A stretch of 64,000 nt of DNA, taken from positions 8,866,001 through 8,930,000 of the forward strand of contig NC_043012.1 in the NCBI RefSeq assembly GCF_006345805.1, written 5' to 3'. This DNA is from Octopus sinensis. Taxonomy: Eukaryota. Under the pieces are notes generated by a model that saw only the letters and a program-made list of their open reading frames with translations, was not told the DNA's origin and made no database searches. Positions within the stretch are counted from its first letter, which is position 1, and each line of letters starts with the position of its first letter. The position numbers and the translations under genes were made by a program. Below are positions 24,085 to 36,769 of the stretch, piece after piece.

Positions 24085-24330
24085 AAAGGATGAAAAGCAA
24101 AGTTGACCTAGCGGAAACTGAACTCAGAACGCAAAGACAGATGAAATGTTGCTAAGCATTTTGTCCAGCATGCAAACAAATTCTGCCAGCTCTCTACAAT
24201 AATAACCCTTTCTACTGCAGGCACAAGGCCAGAAATTTTATTGACCCCTAAAAGGTGAAAGCCAAAGTCGACCTTGGCGAAACTTGAACTCAGAATGTAA
24301 GGACAGACAAAATGCCAGCTCACCACCCTT
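24085..24330 (-). mobile_element. two decayed SINE C fragments
   Basis: AAAGTTGACCT/AAAGTCGACCTTGGCG..GAACTCAGAA blocks. Confidence 0.65.
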
Positions 24331-24354
24331 ATAATAATAATAATAATAATCCGT

Positions 24355-24710
24355 ATCCCACCATTCGAGCGTGATCGTTGCCAGAGCAGCCAAGTGGCTT
24401 CCGTACCCGTGGCACGTACAAGGGCACCATTCGAGCGTGATTGTTACCGACGTCGCTTCACTGGCACCTGTGCCGGTGGCACGTGTAAAAAGATTCGAGC
24501 GTGGTCATTGCCAGTACCGCATGACTGGCCCCCGTGCCGGTGGCACGTAAAAAGCACCCACTACACTCTCGGAGTGGTTGGTGTTAGGAAGGACATCCAG
24601 CTGTAGAAACTCTGCCAGATCAAGATTGGAGCCTGGTGCAGCCATCTGGTTCGCCAGCCCTCAGTCAAAATCGTCCAACCCATGCTAGCATGGAAAGCGG
24701 ACGATGAAGA
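24355..24710 (+). mobile_element. family D (RTE 3' end)
   Basis: Three ATTCGAGCGTG..GTGGCACGT units, then the standard tail ending GATGAAGATG. Confidence 0.85.
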
Positions 24711-24756
<46 letters not shown>

Positions 24757-25330
24757 TAATAATAATAATGGTTTCAAATATTGGCACAAGGCCAGCAATT
24801 TGGGGTATAAATCGAATACACTGATACCCAGTGCTCAAGCGGTATTTTATCGACCCCAAAAGGCTGAAAAGCAAAGCAATAACAAAGATGGTTTATTATT
24901 CCGAGTAGTTGCTTCTGCTGTCTTAGAGGCCAACGGAATATAATATTCCTTTACTTGGAAGCAAGGTAAGGATTGGCGACAGGAAGGACACCTTACTAAA
25001 TTGTTGTTCCAGATAAGTACCCCATCCAATCCATTCTAACACGTAAAAAAAACCCAAAATACCCTTAAACGAACAAACAATGACAATAACTGGTGCATTG
25101 TGGGAAATAAAACAAAGTAGGCTACTAAATAATTTTTTTACTACAATGTTAATTTATAAAACGAAAGCTATAGTAGAGAAGATGTAGAATGGAGTTAATA
25201 CAGATATATTTTAGTTACAGTTGATATAGACTGTTAGTAGCATAGTTATGCTAAAATTTTACTTCCCTGATAGATTAACGCATACTTGTCAACAGTTTTA
25301 TTTTTTGAAAATATTAAAAGATATCTAAAT

Positions 25331-25631
25331 TTTGGGTACTATTTAAGAAGAGTGGTCCCGGTGCGCGCACTCACGTACTCGCTCATCTGCGCCAGCTAGT
25401 CGTGACTAGTCGATCCTTACTTTGTGGTTTTGTGTTTTATTTTGTTTAAAAAATGATTTACTCTGTGTTTTTATGTTTTATTTACTTTGTTTAACAAAAA
25501 TTATTCATTTTGTGTTTTATTTACTTTGCTAGGTAGGCATTGTTGGATCGACTAGTCACGACTAGCTAGCGCGGATGCGCGAGTACGCGATTGCGTGCAC
25601 CGGGACCACTCTTTCTTAAATAGTACCTAAA
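25331..25631. mobile_element. foldback/MITE with ~86-bp imperfect terminal inverted repeats
   Basis: 25331-25416 versus 25545-25631 are reverse complements with few mismatches; CpG-rich arms around a T-rich spacer. Confidence 0.85.
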
Positions 25632-27311
25632 TATTGCTATTCAATTTTTCTTCAATGCACACACACACACACACCTCAAATCAGATCACAATTAATGTAT
25701 AATAAACTTGTTTTATTTCTAATTAAGTCACTGAGCGATGATCCACCCCCTTTGGACACAAGTTTAAAGAAATACGGGGACAAATTAAAGGGAGATAATT
25801 CTCAGCGGCATTTTTCATATAAAATGATTAACGCCCTTGTTGATTGCAAAACGATTAATTAAAGGTGAAATTCTCTATTCACGACTGTTTTGTCTCTGAT
25901 GAAGGTGACAGGCAGCTATCACAGGATTTCATCATCTGATACACACAGAAACAATGAAACCCAACAATATTTGTTTATGTCTGCGCTATTGATTTTTCTC
26001 CCTATTATATATATTTTATCGCTATAATTATTTCTGTATTAGGTTCATCCTTTAATTGTTCTGATTTTCTTTTTCAGTTCAAATGTCGCCTTGTTCGTCT
26101 AACCATTCCAACCTTCGTGAGTCAATAATACATGGTACCATTTGAGTACTGGAATCGATTTAATATTCCTATCGGGTAACCGAGGTGTGAATGAAATTAG
26201 AACAAAACAATAATATGTATCTAAGTTGTGACGTTCCTTAGATAGGAATGATTTTAGAAAAATCTAAAAACCTCAAGTGACACTCGATAGAGAACTGTTC
26301 CCATATTTGGCATGGTACTGCTACTGCTACTACAGACAAAAATGTCGCAGACTACGTCTAAGAAGACCGTTACTCGACAGTTTTGAAATCGTTTGTCATT
26401 CAAGTAACCGAAAGATTCTAAATTTATTTTTTCCAATTATCCCTGTCGTTTTTTGGAAGTAAATTTACTCACAATTTATTTTCTGCCATCACTTAAGCTA
26501 AACTGGCAAAATGACCATTCCTAAATACAACAATATCTGTTTCAACACACGATTTCACATCAAAAATCTTGCAAAACAAATATATAAACGTAACTTAAGT
26601 TTACACTTTTACCATAATAAAACAATCAGCTCTATAAGCTCATAGCGACACCTGTAACTATTGATTCTAAGTGAACAATCAGCTTATAACAAAATAGAAT
26701 ATTATGGCAGTGTGGTTAGCTAACTTATTGGTGAAGTGTTCAAACTTCAATACAGTCATTTTGTTGTGCCCATGAGCAAGGCATATAACCTGGTTACCAA
26801 TAGTCAAATAATAGCCCTCACCTACCCATTTCCTTTCACAATGGAAGAGATTCAGTCAACAGTTGGAAGGACACTGGCTCTGATAATCATTCCTCCAGAA
26901 AAATTGTCCAATCATTCTGACATCACAGATTTCAAACAAAAAAATAAAAATAAATAGGAATGACTTCTGCCACTCGAGACCTGGTCCCATATTCAAGGGA
27001 TGGGGATAGGGGTGTAATCAAGAACCTGATCACTAGTAATAGATTGGTATACATTTTCTTGATGAAAGGAGAATTCAATCATTGCAGGATTTGAACTCAG
27101 AAAGTGAGGGAATACAACACCGCAAAACATTTTCTCTGTCATTCCACTGCTTCTGTCGCACACTGCTCTGATGCTCTACTGATTCTATTACCTACTAATC
27201 TAATAAATACCAAAATACTAAATAATCAACATATATACTCATATACATATGTTAACATATACATTCACCTTTGTAGTGAAATACATTACAGATATTAACA
27301 GATATACTCAC

Positions 27312-27372
27312 CTCACCAGCATATGATACTAAAGGTGATATCTCACAGACAGGTGTGTTCTGAATATCATCA
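27312..27372 (-). CDS. UAP1: UAP1 coding exon 8
   Basis: ttatattgtag acceptor and GTGAGT donor; (N)DDIQNTPVCEISPLVSYAGE; phase 2 in, phase 0 out. Confidence 0.92.
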
Positions 27373-27544
27373 CTACAATATAAAAAATATTTAATATCTC
27401 AAGCATTTCATAGAAACAAATATTTCATAATCATCATTTTATTGATTAAATTTTATTAATTAAATTCAAAAATAAGGTTTTCTGTAATTGAGGATTAAAA
27501 TCAAATTGTGGATTTCATTAGATATAAATATATTATTCTTTTCT

Positions 27545-27938
27545 ACTCTAGGAACAAGGCCTGAAATTTTGGGGGAGTGGGCCAGTCAATTAGATCAACC
27601 CCAGTATGCAACTGGTACTTAATTTATTGACCCCCCAAAAGGATGAAAGGCAATGTCAACCTTGGTGGAATTTGAACTCAGAATGTAAAGACTGACGAAA
27701 TACCTATTTCTTTACTACCCACAAGGGGCTAAACACAGAGAGGACAAACAAGGACAGACAAATGGATTAAGTCAATTATATCGACCCCAGTGCGTAACTG
27801 GTACTTATTTAATTGACCCCGAAAGGATGAAAGGCAAAGTCGACCTCGGCGGAATTTGAACTCAGAATGTAGCGGCAGACGAAATACTGCTAAGCATTTC
27901 GCCCGGCGTGCTAACAATTCTGCCAGCTTGCCACCTTG
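27545..27938 (-). mobile_element. SINE C dimer (young full copy joined to an older partial copy)
   Basis: Two successive C bodies; junction at ~27694-27704 within GACGAAATACC. Confidence 0.8.
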
Positions 27939-28374
27939 ATATAAATATATTATTGCATCACCTATGCATGAACATGGTGCCATATGCAACACTGCTGCAA
28001 TATGTACAACAATACCGATTCACTGTATTATTTCACTCAAAACTTAGTATTAGGGAAACTGAAATCAAGATTTTCTTTCAAAGTAATCATCTGTCTACTT
28101 TCTGAAGTGGACCAAACATGCTTGGGATGATCAGTATTAAAAATCCACATCAATGTGTTTTTAGCTCATGTTGTAGTTTCAACAGAATTGTAAAGTACCA
28201 AATTCCCCTTCATCTGTATCAGAAGTTCCCCAGTTTATTCTGGTGTGGAATTATCACATGATCTTCCAAAAATTATGGAATCCATGCCTATATTTTATAG
28301 ATGATTCATCACCATCCTAATTTCAAGAAAATATGAAAAACCAAAAAACAAGTTTTTCAAGAGTGAATTTATTT

Positions 28375-28632
28375 ATATCATCATCATCATCATCATCGTT
28401 TAGCGTCTGCTTTCCATGCTGGCATGGGTTGGACGGTTCAACTGGGTCTGGGAAACCAGAAGGCTGCACCAGGCCCAGTCTGATCTGGCAATGTTTCTAC
28501 GGTTGGATGCCCTTCCTAACACCAACCACTCCATGAGTGAGGTGGGTGCTTTTTATGTGCCACCAGCACAGGTGCCAGGTGAGGCTGGCAAACGGCCACG
28601 ATCGGTTGGTGCTTTTTACGTGCCACTGGCAT
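28375..28632 (-). mobile_element. family D (RTE 3' end)
   Basis: (CAT)n tail plus standard body. Confidence 0.85.
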
Positions 28633-29019
28633 GGTATATAAAAAAAAATTCCAGTTATTAGGTATGAGGGAAGGGGCAATGTGCATGGCTTTCACAGTCC
28701 CTCCACTCATCACCTCCCAGATCAAAGTTCCTCTTGAATTTTTGGAAATCAACCCCCATGAAAAAGACATAGGCAGGAGACAGAAAGTGGTGACTAGCAT
28801 TTGTAGGCTTAAAGTAGATTTTTATTAAATATTAAAAGACACTTTATCTTATGGAAGTCTAGAGTTTTTTCCATGAGACCCAGGAAGTTTCTTGGAACCC
28901 ACTTTCAGAATCATTGTTTTAAGTCAGATAATTATGCCAGGAAGAATGAATTCAGCAGCACCTAGGACTACTTTAATATTCCAACAGACTTGAAATAAAC
29001 CTTTTATTTCTCTACTTAC

Positions 29020-29199
29020 TTTTCGCAAAATGAAGAACCATCAGGTAGTTTCACTGTTCCACCAGCGTTCACTATGTAACGGCAATGTAAGTTCTGTAGC
29101 GCCAATCGACAAGTTGTAGGTGTGTCTTTTGGTTTTCCATCAGCATTCTTCAATGGGGAAAATTCATCCTCACGGACAACCTCCCAAACAGCAAAGTTT
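29020..29199 (-). CDS. UAP1: UAP1 coding exon 7
   Basis: tgtgacag acceptor and GTAAGT donor; [32 protein letters not shown]..; phases 2/2. Confidence 0.95.
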
Positions 29200-30755
29200 C
29201 TGTCACATTTAAGATAAAAAGCCACAAAGTAGAACCGGCAAAAGAGTCATTTTTAAATGCCAAGTTTGATTAAGACATTGAAGAGAACAACAAGGAACCG
29301 AAAAGAAGAAGAAACAAATCAATTTAAGGATTTTTCTTTGACAACAAAATTTCATAAAGTGAAAAATAGTTAAGAGGAAAATGTATTGAACTTGTGAATT
29401 TTAAAATCTGAGCTCATACCATTACATTATATTTCTAAATCATTTATATTCTAATCTAAGGTTCTCACATAATCTAATTGTTCAGATTGGATATCAGGTA
29501 GTCAGTGTGTGTGTAAATGTTTGCTTGTGTGCATGTATGTGCTTATTATTTGCCTATGGTTTTTTCACATTGATGTGGTGACTTTATCGATATCTGCATA
29601 AACAATATGTCAAGGCAGTTCAGCAGTTTCAAAAAGCACAGAGCAAAGGTAGAAGGGCCTTCCTTAAAAGAAAAGAACAAAAAGCTTGGCATCATTAAGT
29701 CTCCCCTAATAAATGGCAAAGACTTAAAACTAAGGGATTTTCATTTCTAGAGGACAGCCATACTTTTCATTATGATTTGTTTTCTCTTGCATTGTCTTTT
29801 TCTCACTATTTTGCCTTCTCCCACGATCTTTCTCTTACTCTATCTTGCTTCCTCTCCCATCCCCCCCACCCTCCATCTTCTGCTGATGTCCATTGCTCCT
29901 TACTGTGGAGCTTTTGATATAGCACTGGCCATCTGCTCAATACTTCTCTGTTCAGGTTCTACTGAGGACAAAAGCCATTTACTATTTTCCATCTAGGTTA
30001 GTATTTACCCTGTTTATTTTAAGTCAAGATATTTCCTTTTGTATCTGTTCTTATATTTCAAACTAATCCCATGTCCCTGTCTATTTTGTTGTCCATCACA
30101 ACACACCTTTTTTTGTTTAACATCATGTGTTTTTTTCAGTTGTAAAGCTTGTCATCGTCTTATGTTTGAATCCCACTGCTTCCCAGACAAGTGATACCAA
30201 CTTTTTCCTAGTGCTGAAATCATACTGACTCTGGAAAAAGTTCGGCTGATGTAATGGGCTTAAGTTCTTTGCCATAATTCTGCGATTATATTATATATAA
30301 TCCTCATAAATTTTACATCTGCATTACATAAGTGCCACAAAGCATGAAGGAAATCTATGACCAAAGACATTCTATCCATGGTTATCCAGTCAAATTTTCA
30401 GTCATTGAATATCTAAGACAACATTATCCTATGCCATTCTTTATTGAAGATAGTAGCATGTCATTCCAGTGAGATTAAGCTATTATTCTAATGGCTGAGG
30501 AACCATGTTGATCAATGTCACTGAGTCAAGATACTCTCTGACTGACCCCGTCACTGGCTCAAGAGGTCCCCTACCCCACCCACTGACTCAAGAGACCCCA
30601 TCATTGCCTGAAGACACTCCTACAGTGAGTCAAGAAACTCTTCCAATTTGCGTTAAAACATGTCCCTGAAGTTGCTGAAAAGGACAGAAAAATTTTTTTT
30701 AATATTATTTAAAACAGTAAATGACTGAAATATTTAAGGGGGAAAAAAAACTCAC

Positions 30756-30896
30756 TTGGAAAACTTAAAGACATCAAAAACGAATTTTTCCATTTTGATT
30801 CCATTTGGTTCTGATGGTTGTACAAATTCTCCCTTCTCATCAATAAAACCAATCTTCTTTTTGGCTATGTGATGTTTCAGTTCAGATTCATTTTCA
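30756..30896 (-). CDS. UAP1: UAP1 coding exon 6
   Basis: taattaatag acceptor and GTGAG donor; [39 protein letters not shown]; phases 2/2. Confidence 0.95.
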
Positions 30897-31089
30897 CTAT
30901 TAATTACAAAACAGTCAGAAATATTTACTAAGTATTTAGTCAATCAGAGACAAAAAGGATAAAAAATGCGAATTAGTCTAATCACTTTAGTTAGCTTTTA
31001 GTTTGTATCTGATTTAAATAGTGATTATTATTTAGTTCCCTTGGTAAAGGGAAGAGGTGAAAGATTGCATCTTCTTGACAAATTGTTCA

Positions 31090-31191
31090 AGGCTATAGTA
31101 GAAGACACTTGCCCAAGGTACCTTGTAGTGGGATTGAACCCGGAATCATGTGGTAGGGAAGCAAGCTTCTTACCACACAGCCACACTGCGC
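31090..31191 (-). mobile_element. SINE B head fragment
   Basis: GACACTTGCCCAAGG..GAACCCGGAA..CCACACAGCCAC. Confidence 0.75.
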
Positions 31192-32189
31192 TTATACACA
31201 AACGTGCGTAACCCAACATGTCAAATTTACTTATTTCTCCATAGATTGAAACAATGATGAACAGTGTTAATTTTCAACCTTATTGCAGTCTCATAAGACC
31301 TCCACATCATTTGGCCAATCCTAGAGCAACAAGTAACCAATTCCATTTATATACACATCAAACCCAATGGCTACATACACATGGATCCACTAATCTACAC
31401 TTCCTATAAGTGTGTAAGTGTGTATATATATATATAATACAAATAAGAAAATGGAGAAAACAAATTTGGTTTGTTCATCAACTTTCGGATATTATAATGT
31501 TGGATTATTTATTCATTTTACAAATGAGAACATCAAAAGCTTACAAAATATATAAATCAATAGATAAGATAATAATACAAATACACATTTTAAAAGTCAC
31601 AGTATAAATTAATGAAATCCTAAAAAATACTTCTTACAGCTGTTTCAGCCTATGGTCAAAAGTAAATTTAATTTTCATTGCCTATAGATGTAAACATACT
31701 AAGGCTGTAGGCATTTAAAAAAAATATAATACTTATATGTTAAAAGAACCATAGGCCTCGTCAGAAGTTATAATGAACTTTAAAAATATTAATACTAATA
31801 TTGATATACTAAACATGATACACCTGTAAGAAGTATTTTTTAGGATTTCATTAATTTATACTATCATCATCATCATTTAGCGTCCGCTTTCCATGCTAGC
31901 ATGGGTTGGACAGTTCAACTGGGGTCTGTGAAGCTGGAAGGCTTCATCAAGCCCAGTCAGATCTGGCATAATCATCCCTGCTCACCCCTAACGGGACAGA
32001 GATTGCTGTCCGCAAGTACGAGTCCCGTGAGTCAGAGTGGCTGTTCCAGTGCATTTCCCTTGGCTTTCTCCGGTGCAACGCCTTTTCCATTTTGTCTGTT
32101 GGTGCCATAAGAAATGTTTATATAATGCGAGAGGCAAGATTCTTTGTTAATCCCATTGGTCAAAATAAAACTGATTACCACTCTTTTTC

Positions 32190-32455
32190 AAAGAAGTTAT
32201 ATTAAAGTCAGAAAACAACACAGCTCCCATGACTTTCGGAAACATTTCTTCACACTCAGAGTTGCTGAAGCATGGAATAAACTGCCTGCATCAGTTGTTG
32301 ACTGCCATGACACTGCATCCTTTAAGGCCCTCATGCTTTCCGAAATCCGTCGAAACTACACCTGATTATATATACATTTTCGATGAGTTGTAGTGCACCT
32401 GAGTACTGTACACAATGTTTATTATTATTATTATATTATTATTATTATTATTATA
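32190..32455 (+). mobile_element. CR1-type LINE 3' end
   Basis: KVRKQHSSHDFRKHFFTLRVAEAWNKLPASVVDCHDTASFK..* then a (TAT)n tail. Confidence 0.8.
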
Positions 32456-32497
32456 AAGAATGACCTTCATTATATAAGGAGATAGAAGTCAACTTAC

Positions 32498-32691
32498 TTA
32501 CAAACAGCATCCAGAAAACCTAAAGTAAAGAAATGATTACAAATATTTCCGGCATTGAAGAGCAGTTGTCCATTTTTGTCCTGTTTCTCCGCTGTCGATG
32601 TTGTTATTTCACTATATTCCACAACTTGGAATTTTCCATCAACTTTACAGACGACACCCACTGGTTCAGTAGGAAAAGCCTTCTTCACGAC
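32498..32691 (-). CDS. UAP1: UAP1 coding exon 5
   Basis: ttttaaag acceptor; [45 protein letters not shown]; the in-frame donor is the second GTAAGT (phase 2). Confidence 0.95.
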
Positions 32692-33192
32692 CTTTAAAAT
32701 AAAGAAGATAAACAAATTGTTTCAAGCAAACATTTAACATAAAACAAGAAATTTCTTTTTCCTTTATTCTGTATTTATCTCTCTCCACCTTCTTCCTGTG
32801 TCACTCTGCCCATTTTAGAGGTCAAGAGTCAATATTTTATGGAGAAATGTTTGCACAGTTTATCTCTTTATTTTATATTTATCATTTAGGGTGGGGGCTG
32901 TCACAGAGTGGCAAGTGTGTGTGTGTGTGTGTGGAGGTGATAAGCGATCATTATGTATATATCTGTGTGTGGTGTTTCTGGATGTTAGAGAGAGAGAGGA
33001 AGAGAAAGGTGTGTAGAAGTATGCATATGGATGAATGAATAAATGAGGCTTGATTCCCAACCGTGTCGTCTACAGGTTCAATCCCACTGTTTGGCACTGT
33101 GGGCCAGTGTCAACCTGAGAAAACCAAAGCCTTGCGAGTGAATTTGGTAGACAGAAACTGAAAGAAGCTTCTGTGTGTGCATGTGTATGTAT

Positions 33193-33570
33193 AGGTGCAG
33201 GAGTGGCTGTGTGGTAAGTAGCTTGCTTACCAACCACATGGTTCTGGGTGCAGTCCCACTGTGTGGCACCTTGGTCAAGTGTCTTCTACTATAGCCTTGG
33301 GGCAACCAAAGCCTTGTGAATGGATTTGGTAGATGGAAACCGAAAGAAGCCTATCATATATATGTATATATATATGTGTGTGTGTTTGTGTGTCTGTGTT
33401 TGTCCCCCCAACATCACTTGACATCCAATGCTGGTGTGTTTACATCCCCGTAACTTAGCAGTTCGGCAAAAGAGTCCAATAGAATAAGGCTTACAAAGAC
33501 CTGGGGTGATTTGCTTGACTAAAGGTGGTGCTCCAGCATGACCACAGTCAAATGACTGAAACAAGTAAAA
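33193..33570 (+). mobile_element. SINE family B (tRNA head, CORE-like CCTTGG(G/T)CAAGT block, central TA/TG microsatellite)
   Basis: AGGTGCAGGAGTGGCTGTGTGG head through CAAGTAAAA tail; the CORE label is inference. Confidence 0.85.
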
Positions 33571-35486
33571 TATATATATATATATATATGTATGTATATA
33601 GGAAAAATATTTAAAGATTTAACTGATTTCACAGGTTTCACTGATTTTCAAAAATTTGAAATAGAAAGCCATTGCTTCTGTCACAGCTTTTATTTTTTCT
33701 ATAGGGAGTTCATGATTCAAATTAGTATATGTTTTGAATAGGGTTTGATTGGCAGAGGACAGTCACAGGATTGGTTCAAAAAATTTTTGTGGGTTCTCTG
33801 CTACAGCCATGTGTTAGTATTACATGACATACATGTAATACTAACGTAACAATGTTTAGCGCCTGAAGTTAAGGCTGACACGGTTGACTGTACAAGTTTA
33901 GTGGTTGTACTAAACAATCAATGCTTTGAATGTTTACTGTAAAGTGTTTGTAGAAAATGAACGTGATTAAGTTTAGAACTTTCTGTATGTTTCCCCATTA
34001 CATCCATGTGTGTCACCTGGCAGTATGCTTTGTGCCTAAAATGAAGGCCAGCATGGTTGAGTGAACATGTTTAGTTACAATCAAGGCACTCCAAATTTAA
34101 TCTGTCTGCTGGGAGAGTAGACAAGAGTCATTTACCTGTAGTCAAGTGGTTAAAGTTTAGGTTGTTAGCTGTGTAGGTTCCTCATGTTAAGTGGCAGAAT
34201 GAGTTTTGTGTGTGAATTGTTTATATTTGTATAAAGTTTGTTAAGTCTGGATTTGTACTTTTGTATTCTCTTTCATTATCCGTGCTTCATTTGTGTTATT
34301 CACCGAACATAGGTAGAGTGGAAAGACCTGGAATTTGTGGGGAGGGGAATTATTTTTGGCACATATGTCTATGTGTCCACTCACTGGAATTTGTCTAGTA
34401 CTTGGGTCTCATATTTGGTGTTGGTGAATGGTCTGTCTATTTCTTAGAGTAAGCTTTGTTTGACCTATGTAATCTTCATTACATTCTTAACATTTGATGG
34501 TGAAAATGATACAGGGATACGTTTGTGTATATCAAAGAAGCAAATTAAGAGAAAGAAGGTGTATATTATTTGTGTATGCATATGTAAATGTGTATGTGGT
34601 ATTTGTGAATAACAGAGGTGGGGTTTTTTTTTGCATGAGATAATGTGTATAGGTATGTGTATGCATGAGGCCTGTGTGTGTGTGTGTATATATATATACA
34701 CACATACACATACACAGGTGTATTATCAGAGAAAGAAATAGAAAGGAAGATTGTGTGTGTGTGTGTAGATATATACATGTATGAATAAATGTGTACATAT
34801 GTATCGGTGTAACTGGTTTGTGTATACAGAGATTTATTTGTGTGTGATGTTTGCAGAGATCAGAGAAAGAGACGGAAGTCAAAAGTGTGTGTGTGTGTGT
34901 GTTTTACAGGCTGTCTCAAGGTCATGCACTGACATTAATGCATCATTTGCAACAGCCGTGCAGGAATGTGCAGTTTATTTACACCAGATCTGCACATGGT
35001 TATGTCTGTGTAAAGAACCGACATTCAACATTTGAAGTTGTTTGGACAAAATGTTTGAGAGAAACTTTTTTTAATTTTATTTTAAGAAACTTTGGTAATG
35101 TTACAGAGGTGTAGTGGCTATGGAAGGAAGGTCATCGGAGACTGTGAGGTCAAGTATTTGTAATCTTAGAGAATGTTTTAGTTATGAGTAGTGGCGGGGG
35201 GTGGGGATGGTGTTGCCGCAATATATTTTGACATCGGTATCTTGGTGCTACCGGATGTCACTAGTTAATCAGTCTTTTCATGTGGACTTGATAGACAAGC
35301 TGTCAGCATCGTTTTTCTCTTTGCTTTTCCATGCTGGTATGGGTTGAACGAAACATTTTGACAACCTTCAATGGCTACGGCCCCTTCCTGACGCCAACCT
35401 TTTTTAGTTGCTTTTCACAACATTCAAATTTCTCTCTTCATAAAAATGGCTTATTTCCAATATAAGTTTATTTTTATACTCTTAAC

Positions 35487-35689
35487 TCTTTTTACTTGTT
35501 TCAGTCATTTGACTGCGGCCGTGCTGGAGCAACGCCTTTAGTCGAGCAAATCGAACCCAGGACTTATTCTTTGTAAGCCTAGTACTTATTCTATCGGTCT
35601 CTTTTGCCGAACTGCTAAGTTATGGGGACACAAACACACCACCATTGGTTGTCAAGCGATATTGGGGGGACAAACATATACACACACAC

Positions 35690-35720
<31 letters not shown>

Positions 35721-35893
35721 TACATATATACAACAGGCTTCTTTCAGTTTCCGTCTACCAAATCCACTCACAAGGCTTTGGTCGGCCCGAGGCTATAGTA
35801 GAAGACACTTGCCCAAGGTGCCACACAGTGGGACTGAACCAGAACCACATGGTTGGTAAGCAAGCAACTTACCACACAGCCACTCCTGCACCT
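35487..35893 (-). mobile_element. SINE B, full length
   Basis: Reverse complement of the B consensus seen in this window. Confidence 0.88.
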
Positions 35894-35993
35894 AAAAAGC
35901 TATCGCCCGTGTCGGCCGGGAGTCAAACCCGGATCGACTGCTTGGAAGGCAACCATGCTGACCGTTATATCCATTTTCCCATACTAGCATGGA

Positions 35994-36203
35994 TTAATCC
36001 TTTAGTGTTTAAACTGGTCATATCAGGTCCAAATATTCTCCCAGTCTTATGTTCAAACTGGTCAGATCTGGCCTCTCATACCTACCCTACAATGTCATTC
36101 TAAAAATAAACAGTCATCAAAATCTCAAAGCTATTTGATAATGCATGATTAATCCAAAACAATGTGAATAAATAAGCAGTACATTTGACAGAGTAATCTG
36201 AAT
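35994..36203. mobile_element. MITE family E
   Basis: TTAATCCTTTAG start; shared CCCTACAATGTCATTCTAAAAATAAAC block. Confidence 0.55.
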
Positions 36204-36204
36204 A

Positions 36205-36330
36205 CCGTAAATCCTGAAGTATAATCCCTTGAGTATAATACGCAGGGGATTTTTAGGGGCCTGTACCTCTGAAAAACCTAAACCTTGTGTATAATACGGA
36301 CCCCTTCTCTAACTTGAGTCAAGGAGGTCT
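36205..36330. mobile_element. possible Tc1/pogo-type TIR remnant
   Basis: TA|CCGTAAATCCT..GTATAATACG repeated subterminal motif. Confidence 0.35.
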
Positions 36331-36596
36331 ATATAACGTCCTTGGTTTGTAAGTATGTATGTATAAAAAAACGTCCTTTATTATTATTGTATATATAACA
36401 TAATGCAAACGCGTAGCTTTTTTGTGCTTGCATCTATGCACCTGAGCATATCACTGGTACTTACTGATGTTGGATGAGAAGATAGATACCTCACACATAT
36501 AAAGTTTTTTTTCCTATTATAGCAGGAAGAACTGAACAGTGAATAGAATGAGGAGTGGTTCTATTCAATGAATGGAAAAGAGAAAATAAGGATTAC

Positions 36597-36769
36597 CTTG
36601 GCTCCACAATCAGCCTTTTTGTCAACACAATAAGCCATAAATATAGGGTCAGCCATCTTCACTAATATATTGTCCACACAGTATGCATGTATATATTGTA
36701 TGCCCCTGGATTTCATGTTTTGTAATACCCCATGTTCTCTGAGGGCCTTGTACAGTCCACCATTACCAT
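36597..36769 (-). CDS. UAP1: UAP1 coding exon 4
   Basis: cctcttccag acceptor and GTAATC donor; [30 protein letters not shown]; phases 1/0. Confidence 0.96.

Noticed and set aside
25896-25960. CTGATGA followed later by GAAAC
   Set aside because: No stem II closing directly onto GAAA and no stem I; not a hammerhead
27373-29019. Searched for a cassette exon equivalent to the human AGX2 17-aa insert, which falls near this junction
   Set aside because: No phase-2/2 exon with credible splice sites was seen; the intron is mostly SINE C and family D sequence
35645-36103. Recurrent ORFs such as YDRLLSVSVYQIHSQG.. and RQASFSFRLPNPLTR..
   Set aside because: Antisense readings of SINE B copies, not a gene family
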